A stretch of DNA of 64,000 bases from Bacteroidales bacterium UBA6244 (GTDB taxonomy: Bacteria > Bacteroidota > Bacteroidia > Bacteroidales > F082). Location of the stretch: assembly GCA_002440885.1 (NCBI GenBank), contig DJVY01000100.1:23702-87701 (forward strand), given 5' to 3'. Below, one piece after another: positions 47,113 through 57,562 of this stretch. The position numbers and the translations under genes are program-made. How positions within the stretch are numbered: the first letter of the stretch is position 1; every line of letters begins with the position of its first letter. The notes under the pieces were generated by a model. The model was given only the letters and a program-made list of their open reading frames with translations, ran no database searches and was not told the origin of the DNA.

Positions 47113-47134
47113 AACTGTTAATAAATTAACAGTT
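47113..47134. promoter_or_regulatory. 22-bp palindrome AACTGTTAAT-AA-ATTAACAGTT between the dikinase-like gene and icd
   Basis: 10-bp perfect arms with a 2-bp spacer. It lies 56 nt past the stop at 47190 and 160 nt upstream of the icd ATG. It is flanked by an 11-bp direct repeat AAATATCACCT at 47068-47078 and 47140-47150. Its function (operator or AT-rich terminator hairpin) is unresolved. Confidence 0.4.
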
Positions 47135-47189
47135 TAGAGAAATATCACCTGCTACTAGCCAAGGTTTGTAGTTGTGAATTGTTTTCTGA

Positions 47190-50100
47190 TCACAGATGGA
47201 AGTCGAGGAACTTTTGATTTGTTTTCACCGGATAGTTTCCGATATAAACGTTTCCCAGATTTCCGTCTATCGAAAGCAGATCGCCGCTTTTAAGCAAATG
47301 GCCATTCATTTCGCAGGTTTTTTGACTGTCGAAAACTTGCAAGCTTGAGCAGTTTACCACCGAGGTTTTGCCCAAGCGAACAGCGGTTACGGCAGCATGT
47401 GAGGTAGCACCACCTTTTCCTGTAAGTAGCCCGTCGGTTGCGAAAATCATTCCTATGTCATCAGGAACGGTATCAGGGCGAACCAGAATTACTTTTTCGT
47501 CCGGATATTGCTTGCGGAGGGTTTTAATGTCCTGGTCATCGATGGCTATTCTACCCGACATCGCTCCACCACCAACACCAATTCCTCTTCCGGCCAGTAT
47601 CATCTGGTCGATGGGTGTTTCAAACACATCTGCCGACTTGTTTGCCGCCATGTCCTGATCGCGGATCTGCAGGATGAACAGGTCTTCCGCTTTTTCCGAC
47701 TCGAAGGTAAACTCAATCTCCAATGGACTATATCCATGATTTTCTGTCAAATCAATTGCCATTTGGTGCAGGCGTTGGTAGATTTCCGGAAAATTCTCCT
47801 GCATCGACAGACCTTGATCGTTCTCGGCTCTGGATTGGTTTTTGCTAACCGGACGTGGTGTTACCAGCCCGGCCACAATGTCTTCGCCTTGTCCGCTAAG
47901 GGTAAAATCGCCATAAAGGCTTACTCCATGCTTTTCTTTGGTTGGATCTTGAGTAAAAACTACCCCTGTTCCACTCGTTTCGCTCAGGTTTCCAAAAATC
48001 ATTTGTTGAACCACAACCGCTGTTCCCCAGTCGTCGGCAATTTCCAAATGCTCGCGGTACACCTTTGCCCGCTCTGATGACCAGGATTCAAACACAAGGT
48101 TTATTGTGGTGAGCAGTTGCTCAAATACATCTTCTTCAAAATGTATTTTTTTGGTGCTTAGTGCCGACTTGTAGGCCATCGCCACTTCGCGCATGGCAGC
48201 CGGTTTTAGCTCAATTTTCTGATCAACACCGTATTTTCCTTTAAAACTCTCGATGATTTGATCAAACTCATCGCGGGTCATGCCGAAAGCCATTCCCCAG
48301 CTTTGCAACAACCGGCGATATGAATCCCATGCGCTCCATTCAAACCCCTTAATCCTGCTCATGTTTTCGGTTATTTCATCGTTCATGCCCACATTAAGCA
48401 AGGTGTCCATAGCTCCGGGCATCGAGATGGCCGTGCCCGATCGTACCGAAAGCAGGAGTGGGTTCTGGCTGTCGCCGAATCTTTTTTTGGCAGCTCTTTC
48501 AACCAGGTGAAGGTGTTCGCGAATAAGGTCATTCTTTTCTTTTCTGAGCTCAGGATGTCCGAGTATAGCTGCCTTGCGGCGAAAAGCTTCGGTAGTAATC
48601 ACAAATCCCGGAGGAATAGGAAAGCCGGCAATGCGCAGGTTTTTAAGGTGATAGGCCTTCGACCCCAGAAATACCTGGTTGTCGACTTGTGGATTCGGGA
48701 GTCCAAGTCGTGTGATGATTAAATCGGAGTTGTACGACATAATTTCATTAATCATACGTCCCGGCAGGTTATCCGACATCTCACGCAAAGATTCCAGAAT
48801 ACGCGAAATAAAATTGTCGAGTGGTTGCATTAAAAAGGCATCGGCGATGACATCACGGTAGAATTGTTCTGATTTTTTGTTGATTAACTTAACCAGCTCT
48901 CTTTCATTCAGCTGCGCGCCCTGATCAAAAATTTGTGGAACGACAATCCGAAGCGGTATTTCGTACGATTTTAAAAAATATTTGATGATGATGCGTTTTA
49001 CATCTTCGGCCAAAAACTGAAATATGTTTATATACTGCTCAAAACTAAAACTTTGTGAACGGAGACTGTATTTAAGCATGCGTAAGTTGGAGTTGAAGCT
49101 TTGGTTGGTTATACCATCCAGCTCCAAACCTTCTCTGAAATAGTCGAGAATGGTGTAAATATTTTTTAATGTTTTAGCCGAGATATAGTTCAGATTGATT
49201 TGCTCCACCACTTTCTCCATAAGTCGTGTGGCTACATTTTCGAGGCGGAAGGTAAGTCCGAGGGCCTCAAATTTTGGCTCGCGGTATGTGCCATACATCG
49301 AAGGAATACCGATGGCGATATGGCGTTTGTGGTAAATATTCTCCCATCCCTGACTCGTTTTCGGGTTAAAAATAATCTCTTTCAGCTTGTTCATGAAGCT
49401 GTAAATCAGCTTAAGCGACGACTCAAAGTCGTTACTTTCGAGGGCTTTTGAAAAGGACTCCACCTCCTGATCGGCGATATAACTGTACCGTTTGAGCAGC
49501 GAAATGATGTCAACGGTTTCGAAGGAGTACTTCTCTTTTAAAAAGGCGTACAATCGGCGGGTGTCCCTAAGTCTTTCTATATCACGATCGTTGGATTTGC
49601 TGAGTTGCCTGAGAAGCTGTTCAAAGGTTGTTTCATCGGTGCCGAGGAGTTCTGTTGGGTCTTTCTTGCTCATCAGGCACAATTCGTTCACCATGTGATG
49701 TATTGGAGCGAAGAACTCGTTCGTTTTGTCAATTTCCCTGTAAACGTTTAGCGGGAGCGCATCTTTTAACGCTTCCAGGTTGCCGTCGTGCCAAAATACA
49801 AAGATTTTTCGGGTGAGGTCGATTAACGTGTTGTTGCTTTCGGTGTGCACCTGTTTGCGCAGGAAATGAACAAGTTGGTCCTTTCGGTGCGAAATCTCGT
49901 CCATGGTAGTAGTCACCTTCCGAATTTCCCCTTCAGCTCCGATTTCGTTGAAATACACCGGAAAAATGCGTGTCAATTGCTTAACCTTTTTGTAAAAGGG
50001 GGCGATGTTTGAGTTGAGAATCTTTGTTATCTCCCGCTGAAATAAATCGGTATCGCTCAGAAAAATTCCTCCCATCTTTAGATTTACAATCAACGTGGAA

Positions 50101-51311
50101 AGGAGTTTTTCCATCTCCATTTGCGAATATTCAATAAGTTCTAACCAAACGCTGATGTTTTTGATGTGGTTTACGTTGACCGAAAGTTGCCAGTCTTCGT
50201 TGACATAAACAATACCAGGAGTTTCAAAACCAAACAGAATAATTTGTTCCTCAAAATACCGGGAGATTCGTTGCGGTTTTTCACGGTCGATATCGATGGT
50301 TTTTTTGCCCACAGTAAGCAGGATGTCGAGCACCGAATTGGTATGTTCAGCGCGCAGACCTCTGGCAAAGGTGAAAATCTGATCGATAAAGTTGCGTAAA
50401 TCTTTGCTGTCCACTTCATCAATGGCCTTTCTAACCATTTTATTCAAGTCCCAGATCAGACGTTCCTTGTGGCTTTGCATGCCGGGAAGTTGGAGCAAAT
50501 AGAAACTGTAGTAGAACTTTTCGATAAAGGTGGGGAAATAGATCATGGCATTGGCCATAACATGGCTAATAAAATCGAAATCAGGCATTTCATCGGATAG
50601 CTCCTTCCATTTCATGGTGTTTTTAAGTTGGTCGATTTGTTTATCAAACCACTGTGTACCCACCTGATCTTCAATAATTTTCTTGTTGTTGGACAGTATC
50701 GACGCCTGTGTTTCAAGCCATTTTTCTATACGGGTTGTCTCTTTCCAGTATTCAAGGTTTTTGAGGTGTACTTTTTTCGATAAGTCGAAGGCGGCAGTTT
50801 TAAACTCGGACTTTTCGGCAATGCCGGCCAGATAACGGTTAAAGTACTTCAGGTTTTGAATATAAGTAACCGGATGCAATTTCATTCCTTGATCGAGAAT
50901 GCACAAGCAAAAACCAATGGTTGTAGAAAACCGGTCTTTTTCTCCGGCGATTTTGTCGATGAATTCGAGCAAAGTGCGTAGAGCAAGAATCTGGGTTTCG
51001 GGGTTTCCGGTTTCGAGCATCAGGGTCTGCATCATTTTTAAGGGAACCTCGAACACCTTCTCGTTGTCATTTAAACCCACATAAAACCAATAGTCGGTTA
51101 AAAGTATCTTACGTAGCTCCTCTACCACAAATTTTCTGTTTGAAAAAGGATGTTGGTATTCTATCACGCAATCGTTTGCACGTTTGGTGATACCAAAATA
51201 CGATTTTGACAGGTCTATAAAGTGCTGAAAATCAGCTGGAATTTTAATGTCTTTATAGCGTGTTTCAGCGAGATTGGCTTCGAGGGCTTTTGATTCGAAT
51301 TTTTCTTCCAT
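47190..51311 (-). CDS. PPDK-like ATP-grasp + phosphohistidine (PEP-utilizer mobile) domain protein lacking the PEP/pyruvate barrel, with ~880-aa uncharacterised N-terminal region
   Basis: 1373 aa from ATG 51311 (the track start 51386 is TTG and overlaps the -7 box). The C-terminal ~490 aa carry LGSKAYHLKNL..GFPIPPGFVITTEAF, NPLLLSVRSGTAISMPGAMDTLLNVGMND, GTAVVVQQMIFGN..SGTGVVFTQDP, GQGEDIVAGLVTPRP and GKGGATSHAAV (His codon 47397-47399). The ORF ends 68 aa later. Confidence 0.8.
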   Translation of the reverse strand: MEEKFESKALEANLAETRYKDIKIPADFQHFIDLSKSYFGITKRANDCVIEYQHPFSNRKFVVEELRKILLTDYWFYVGLNDNEKVFEVPLKMMQTLMLETGNPETQILALRTLLEFIDKIAGEKDRFSTTIGFCLCILDQGMKLHPVTYIQNLKYFNRYLAGIAEKSEFKTAAFDLSKKVHLKNLEYWKETTRIEKWLETQASILSNNKKIIEDQVGTQWFDKQIDQLKNTMKWKELSDEMPDFDFISHVMANAMIYFPTFIEKFYYSFYLLQLPGMQSHKERLIWDLNKMVRKAIDEVDSKDLRNFIDQIFTFARGLRAEHTNSVLDILLTVGKKTIDIDREKPQRISRYFEEQIILFGFETPGIVYVNEDWQLSVNVNHIKNISVWLELIEYSQMEMEKLLSTLIVNLKMGGIFLSDTDLFQREITKILNSNIAPFYKKVKQLTRIFPVYFNEIGAEGEIRKVTTTMDEISHRKDQLVHFLRKQVHTESNNTLIDLTRKIFVFWHDGNLEALKDALPLNVYREIDKTNEFFAPIHHMVNELCLMSKKDPTELLGTDETTFEQLLRQLSKSNDRDIERLRDTRRLYAFLKEKYSFETVDIISLLKRYSYIADQEVESFSKALESNDFESSLKLIYSFMNKLKEIIFNPKTSQGWENIYHKRHIAIGIPSMYGTYREPKFEALGLTFRLENVATRLMEKVVEQINLNYISAKTLKNIYTILDYFREGLELDGITNQSFNSNLRMLKYSLRSQSFSFEQYINIFQFLAEDVKRIIIKYFLKSYEIPLRIVVPQIFDQGAQLNERELVKLINKKSEQFYRDVIADAFLMQPLDNFISRILESLREMSDNLPGRMINEIMSYNSDLIITRLGLPNPQVDNQVFLGSKAYHLKNLRIAGFPIPPGFVITTEAFRRKAAILGHPELRKEKNDLIREHLHLVERAAKKRFGDSQNPLLLSVRSGTAISMPGAMDTLLNVGMNDEITENMSRIKGFEWSAWDSYRRLLQSWGMAFGMTRDEFDQIIESFKGKYGVDQKIELKPAAMREVAMAYKSALSTKKIHFEEDVFEQLLTTINLVFESWSSERAKVYREHLEIADDWGTAVVVQQMIFGNLSETSGTGVVFTQDPTKEKHGVSLYGDFTLSGQGEDIVAGLVTPRPVSKNQSRAENDQGLSMQENFPEIYQRLHQMAIDLTENHGYSPLEIEFTFESEKAEDLFILQIRDQDMAANKSADVFETPIDQMILAGRGIGVGGGAMSGRIAIDDQDIKTLRKQYPDEKVILVRPDTVPDDIGMIFATDGLLTGKGGATSHAAVTAVRLGKTSVVNCSSLQVFDSQKTCEMNGHLLKSGDLLSIDGNLGNVYIGNYPVKTNQKFLDFHL

Positions 51312-51383
51312 AGGATTGTGAAATAGGGAACTTTCATGGCTATTTAATGTAACTTTGCTCCAGAACGATAAAATCGTACAGGA

Positions 51384-51391
51384 CAAAAGTA
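51384..51391 (-). promoter_or_regulatory. -7 promoter box (TAnnTTTG) for the dikinase-like gene
   Basis: The minus strand reads TACTTTTG, 73 nt upstream of ATG 51311. Confidence 0.4.
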
Positions 51392-51392
51392 A

Positions 51393-52451
<1,059 letters not shown>

Positions 52452-52478
52452 TTTTTTGTTTTTTTGTTTTTTGTTTTT

Positions 52479-52508
52479 AAGGTTGCCTCTCGGGGCAGCC
52501 TTTTTTTT
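52479..52508 (+). terminator. rho-independent terminator after gap
   Basis: AAGGTTGCC-tctcgg-GGCAGCCTT (one G-U pair) followed by TTTTTT. Confidence 0.75.
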
Positions 52509-52593
52509 ATTGCGTGAACGTTTCTTGCATTAACGTAAGAATAGGGAGATAAATCTTGCAAGCACTATGGAATAAATCCCGAACCCGCTATTG

Positions 52594-54621
52594 TTATTTG
52601 CTGCAATATCTTTTTATCACATTGTAGGCTTCCACAATGCCTAGCTCACCTGCTTTGCTGAGGTCTTTACAGGCCAGTTCCTCTTCGTTTAAGAAGAGTA
52701 GTGTAAGTGCTCTGTTATAATAGGCCTCTGCCAAATTTGGTTCCAGCCTGATGGCCATACTGTAATCGTCAATAGCTCTTTGATAGTCCTGAAGGCTTAG
52801 TTTTATATTGGCTCGGTTGTAAAAAGCAAAAGGCAAACCCGGGTTTCGACTAATCACTTCATTTAAATCCTTTAAAGCTTTTTGATGATCAGGTTTTGTT
52901 GGTTTTCTGTTTTTGTCGCTGGCAATCGTGTTCGAGGTAATGGTAACAATGTCGGTATATTGTTGTTCCCGATATAGGTACTCATCTAACTCGTAACGGC
53001 TGGTTCCGCGATTGAAATAAGCATACAGTATCTCAGGATCAGCTGAGAGGGCTTCGTCGTACGAATTGATGGCAGCCGGATAATTGCCGAGCATGCTAAA
53101 AAAAACACCGTTGATAAAAAACGAACTCACCGTGTCGTTAACACTCAAAATAAGCGAGTCTACACGCTTAAGTTCCGATCGTAGCCTTTCACTGTTCTGA
53201 GGATTGGCCTCGCACTGAAATTCCAGTTTTATACCAAGCGCATTTTCCGCATTAAAAGTGGCCACTTGCTCGTTGGTATAACTGCTTCTTGTATTGCTAA
53301 CTTGCAGAGAGTCAGAAGGAATGCTGTAAACAAGGTAAAAGTTTTCTTTGGGTTCGATGGTAATGCGTTGAAACTGGATTCGGCCTTTTTCTTTGTTCCC
53401 GTTCACGAAATCTGCCTCAAACTCGATGATGCGTTCAAAATAGGCACTGTCGGCATAACGGCTGTAAAGCACCTCCGGGTTTCGGTGTTCGCTGTTGGCA
53501 GCGGCGATAATCTCGGTGGCTCTGTCATGATCTTCACGTGCTCCGGCGTGATTTCCTAATGCCTGTTTTGCTGCCGATCGGTTAATAAATGCTCCGGCGA
53601 AGTCCGGGAAAATCTCGATGGCTTTTGAATAATCTGACACGGCCTCGTCGAATGATTCCATCTCAAAATGCAGATTACCAAGATTATACCAGGTATACAC
53701 ATTGAAGGGGTTCAGTTTAATCACTTCATTATAGTCAGCGATGGCCGCTTCGTAGTTGTTTTGTACGGAAAACAGGATTGCTCTATTATAATAGGTGAGG
53801 GCATTGTTTTTGTCAATTCGGAGCACATTGTTGTAATCGTTGAGGGCAGCCAGCGTATCGTTTGATTTCAGGTTTATCAGCGCACGCTGAAAATAGGCAA
53901 GAGCATTGTCTTCGCTGAGTGAAAGAGAATGGTCGATGTCACTTAAGGCCTTACCCAGGCTGTCCATGTCGGCATAAATCATGCCCCTTTTCAGCCAGCC
54001 CTCACTGTTGAAGTAATCAAGCCTGATCGCTTTGTCCACATCTTTTATGGCCAGATCGTTTTGCTCAAGAAAGTGATAGGCAATACCTCTGTTAAGGTAA
54101 GCAGAGGCTACTTTTTTATCAAGCTGTATGGCCGATGTATAATCGTTAACAGCCTCTTTGTAATGAAGTAAGTGCATGCGTGTGTCTCCTCTTGCGAGGA
54201 AGAAATCGGCATTGAAAGGGTCGATTTTTAGCGCTTTGTTAAAATCGTTTAAGGCCTTGGGGTAATCGGCCAGCTGATCGTACGATATTCCACGGTAAAG
54301 ATAAGCTCTGGCATAAAGTGGGTGAATACGCACGGCCTGGCTGAAATCGAATGAAGCACCACTGTAGTCGCCCAACGAAAATTTGGCAATACCCCTGAGA
54401 AAATATGCCTCGAAGCCATTGTTTTTTGATGCAATGGCGGTGTTGAAGTTATTGATTGCGCCAAGATAGTTTTCTTGTTGTAGTTCCCTTTGTCCGCTGC
54501 GAATAAAATAGTCGTAATTGATTTGGCCTGGAAGCACCTGGGCGCAAAAAAATATTGCCAAGAAAAAGATTAGGAAACGGGCATGCTTTTTATTCATAGC
54601 TAAAGCAATGAAGTTAGTCAT
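52594..54621 (-). CDS. TPR-repeat protein with signal peptide
   Basis: About 15 TPR-like 34-mers (e.g. AYFLRGIAKFSLGDYSGASFDFSQAV, ARAYLYRGISYDQLADYPKAL). ATG 54597 (MNKKHARFLIFFLAIFFCAQVLPGQ) may be the true start rather than ATG 54621. Confidence 0.7.
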   Translation of the reverse strand: MTNFIALAMNKKHARFLIFFLAIFFCAQVLPGQINYDYFIRSGQRELQQENYLGAINNFNTAIASKNNGFEAYFLRGIAKFSLGDYSGASFDFSQAVRIHPLYARAYLYRGISYDQLADYPKALNDFNKALKIDPFNADFFLARGDTRMHLLHYKEAVNDYTSAIQLDKKVASAYLNRGIAYHFLEQNDLAIKDVDKAIRLDYFNSEGWLKRGMIYADMDSLGKALSDIDHSLSLSEDNALAYFQRALINLKSNDTLAALNDYNNVLRIDKNNALTYYNRAILFSVQNNYEAAIADYNEVIKLNPFNVYTWYNLGNLHFEMESFDEAVSDYSKAIEIFPDFAGAFINRSAAKQALGNHAGAREDHDRATEIIAAANSEHRNPEVLYSRYADSAYFERIIEFEADFVNGNKEKGRIQFQRITIEPKENFYLVYSIPSDSLQVSNTRSSYTNEQVATFNAENALGIKLEFQCEANPQNSERLRSELKRVDSLILSVNDTVSSFFINGVFFSMLGNYPAAINSYDEALSADPEILYAYFNRGTSRYELDEYLYREQQYTDIVTITSNTIASDKNRKPTKPDHQKALKDLNEVISRNPGLPFAFYNRANIKLSLQDYQRAIDDYSMAIRLEPNLAEAYYNRALTLLFLNEEELACKDLSKAGELGIVEAYNVIKRYCSK

Positions 54622-54623
54622 TG

Positions 54624-56675
54624 TTATTTAATGTTTTTCAGATAATTATATATCTCAACCTGCGACCTGACCTTTTTCTTTCCATCGTCTTTTTTGTATT
54701 GATTTTCTGGTGTCTGACTTATAAGTCGTGCTTTCTTGTTGTCAGCAAGCTGAATTTGCAGTATGTCCCATAATTCTTTCTGCAAGGCAGGATCATAAAT
54801 GGGGCATATCACTTCAAACCGATGATCGAAATTGCGGATCATCCAGTCGGCGGAGGCGATAAAATATTTAGGTGAACCGCCATTGGCAAACACCAGAACC
54901 CGTGAATGCTCCAGAAATTTATCTACAATACCTATGGCCGTGATGTTTTCGCTTAACCCTGGAATTCCCGGTACGAGAATGCAAATGCCTCTGCAGATGA
55001 GCTGTATTTTTACACCTGCCTGTGAGGCCTTATAGAGCTTTTGGGTAATTTTATTATCGACTAAATTGTTGAGCTTGATAATAACCCAGGCTTCTTTACC
55101 GCTTTTAGCATTTTTTATTTCCTGGTTAAGTAACCTGATCAGCTGTTTGCGCATCTGATAAGGGGCGACCATCAAATGTTCAAAACGTGGTGGCGTGTAG
55201 GGTGATTCGAACAGATGAAAGAGCATATTTACCTCGTTGGTAATACTCTGGTTTGCAGTTAGCAAGCTGTCATCGGAGTACACTTTAGCTGTCGATTCGT
55301 TGAAGTTCCCCGTGCTGATATTGGTGTAATATATGTTCCGGCCGTCTTCTTTTCTTCTGATCAGCAGCAGTTTGGCATGAACCTTATAGCCAGGCAGTGT
55401 TTTGATGATGTTAACACCTTCTTCACGAAGTTTTCTGGTCCAGTAAATGTTGGCTTTTTCATCGAAGCGCGCCTGTATTTCCAGAAAAACTGTGACATCT
55501 TTACCGTTTCGGGCAGCATTTATCAAAGCATTTATAACATTGGAGTCGCGGGCTGCCCTGTAAAAAGTCATTTTTATTGCTCTAACTTTCGGATCAATAG
55601 AGGCTTCGCGAAGCAAATCGACAATGTACTGAAACGATTGATAAGGGTAATGGAGCATGATGTCACCCTCCTTTATTTGGTTGAGGATGCTTTTTCGTTC
55701 AATGAGACGGGGATGAGTAAGTGGCTTCATTTTTTCGTAAACCAGGGCTTTCATCCCCATTTTCGGGAACGACATAAAATCTTTCAGGTTGTGATACCGT
55801 CCACCACCCCGGATATGGTCTTCCATGGTAATATTCAATACTGAGAGCAACAAATCGAGTAAATGTTGGGGGATATTTTTGTCGTATACAAACCGTACCG
55901 GTGCTCCTTTTTTTCTTTTTTTTATGCTGTCGCTGAGCTGTTCCATGAAACTTTTTGAGATATCATTATCGATATCCAACTCAGCATCACGTGTGAATTT
56001 AATGGTAAACGACTCAAACTCATCAAACCCGAAAGGACTAAAAATCTCGCTCAGGTTATACCTGATAACATCATCAAGGAACATGACAAATTTATTGTCA
56101 TCTTTGGAAGGCAGGATTAAAAAGCGGGGAATGATATCGGTGGGAACTCGAATCAAGGCAAAGTCCTCTTTTGTAGGGTGTGCTGAGTTGCGAAGGATAA
56201 TGGCCAGAAAAATGTCGTTATCTTCCAATGTGTCAGGGTTGTGAAGGCTTTTAACCATGATTGGAAAAAGAATAGGACGTACACTATTCTGGAAATACTG
56301 GTGGACAAATTTTCCCTGACTTTCGTCGAGGTGTTTGTCATCGAGAAAAATGATATGCTTCTTTCTCAACTCCTCTTTTATCGCCTGATAGGTTTCTGTG
56401 TAGATTTTTTCCTGATCTGAGACAATTTTCTGAATCTGTTCGAGTACTTTTCTTGGTGACTCAGTATACTCTTCACCCATTTTCTCAATCTGGGCCATGC
56501 GCTTTAGAGTAGCTACCCGCACCCTGAAAAACTCGTCCCGGTTGCTCGAAAAAATACCAAGAAACTTAAGCCTTTCGATAATTGGGTTGCCTGGATCCAT
56601 GGCCTCCTGTAAAACTCGTCCGTTAAATTCAAGCCAGGAAACTTCCCGGTTTATGAGGTACTTAGGGTGGTTCAT
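54624..56675 (-). CDS. ppk1: polyphosphate kinase 1
   Basis: 683 aa. YLINREVSWLEFNGRVLQEA N-terminus, LPGYKVHAKLLLIRRKE (autophosphorylated His region) and two PLD-like C-terminal domains. Confidence 0.95.
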   Translation of the reverse strand: MNHPKYLINREVSWLEFNGRVLQEAMDPGNPIIERLKFLGIFSSNRDEFFRVRVATLKRMAQIEKMGEEYTESPRKVLEQIQKIVSDQEKIYTETYQAIKEELRKKHIIFLDDKHLDESQGKFVHQYFQNSVRPILFPIMVKSLHNPDTLEDNDIFLAIILRNSAHPTKEDFALIRVPTDIIPRFLILPSKDDNKFVMFLDDVIRYNLSEIFSPFGFDEFESFTIKFTRDAELDIDNDISKSFMEQLSDSIKKRKKGAPVRFVYDKNIPQHLLDLLLSVLNITMEDHIRGGGRYHNLKDFMSFPKMGMKALVYEKMKPLTHPRLIERKSILNQIKEGDIMLHYPYQSFQYIVDLLREASIDPKVRAIKMTFYRAARDSNVINALINAARNGKDVTVFLEIQARFDEKANIYWTRKLREEGVNIIKTLPGYKVHAKLLLIRRKEDGRNIYYTNISTGNFNESTAKVYSDDSLLTANQSITNEVNMLFHLFESPYTPPRFEHLMVAPYQMRKQLIRLLNQEIKNAKSGKEAWVIIKLNNLVDNKITQKLYKASQAGVKIQLICRGICILVPGIPGLSENITAIGIVDKFLEHSRVLVFANGGSPKYFIASADWMIRNFDHRFEVICPIYDPALQKELWDILQIQLADNKKARLISQTPENQYKKDDGKKKVRSQVEIYNYLKNIK

Positions 56676-56714
56676 TATGTAGTAATTTTGGCTGTGTGAG
56701 TTAAAAAGTGTGTG

Positions 56715-57239
56715 TTAAAAAAAGGATTGATTTTTATCGGTGGAGGACACGACAAAAGTAGGCTTTGCGCAGGCTGCATCGTAAATATTTGTCCAGGTGT
56801 TTATATTCAAACTGAATCCGAAAATACTTGAAGTAGGCATTCCGCTCACAGGCCTCAACATAAAGCGGTTGGCCAAATCTGTTAACCCGGGATTGTGTCC
56901 TACCAACACTACCGTATGGTATTCATCTGAAAGTGAGGCAATTTCGTCCAGTAGCATGTATTCGTCTGCAAGGTAAAGCTTCGATTTCACCAGAATCTCT
57001 ATCTCGGGATAGTTAACTGACTGAGCTGCAATTATTGCAGTTTCAAATGCCCGGCTGGCATCGCTGGATAATATCAAATCCACCTCATTAAGTTCCGTGC
57101 ATCGTTGCAGTGTGTTTTTGGTTTCAATAACGCCGGCTCTCTCCAATGGACGTTCCCTATCGGTTTGGTTTGGCGAAAATTCATTCGCCTTACCATGCCT
57201 GATCAGGAAAAGTTTTTTGCTTTGCTTTTTAGCCTCCAT
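56715..57239 (-). CDS. histidine phosphatase superfamily protein (SixA-like)
   Basis: 174 aa from ATG 57239 (MEAKKQSKKLFLIRHGKA). RHG motif and VVLVGHNPGL motif. The upstream extension in the track has no support. Confidence 0.6.
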   Translation of the reverse strand: MEAKKQSKKLFLIRHGKANEFSPNQTDRERPLERAGVIETKNTLQRCTELNEVDLILSSDASRAFETAIIAAQSVNYPEIEILVKSKLYLADEYMLLDEIASLSDEYHTVVLVGHNPGLTDLANRFMLRPVSGMPTSSIFGFSLNINTWTNIYDAACAKPTFVVSSTDKNQSFF

Positions 57240-57509
57240 ACAATTATAAAAGAGATAAAATGTAAAAGTAGTCAAAGAATTGAAACGGCAAATGACCTTC
57301 ATCTTAACTTTAGTTAAATTATCCTGGCTTAGAAAGTGGCGCTGGTTTTATGCCCCGGATTCCTCTTATCGTATAATGCTTGTCTGATGTACATTTTATT
57401 AGAAAATTTAATGAGTTGTTTTAGAGTTTGTTAAAAGTTTTTAAACGGTTATAATCACTTAAAGACGTAAGTAAATGGTTATTAACCGAGTATACTGAAA
57501 AGCCAACAG

Positions 57510-57517
57510 TAGTTTTG
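57510..57517 (+). promoter_or_regulatory. -7 promoter box (TAnnTTTG) for ssb
   Basis: TAGTTTTG lies 46 nt upstream of ATG 57563. Confidence 0.4.
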
Positions 57518-57562
57518 CGACTTCAAAGTTCTTTAATTCATATTCATTTAATACTTATTTCA

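Noticed and set aside
52452-52478. T-rich G-punctuated run (ATTTTTTG TTTTTTTG TTTTTTG TTTTT) after the gap stop.
   Set aside because: It is a short low-complexity spacer immediately upstream of the gap terminator hairpin. There are too few units to call it a repeat family.
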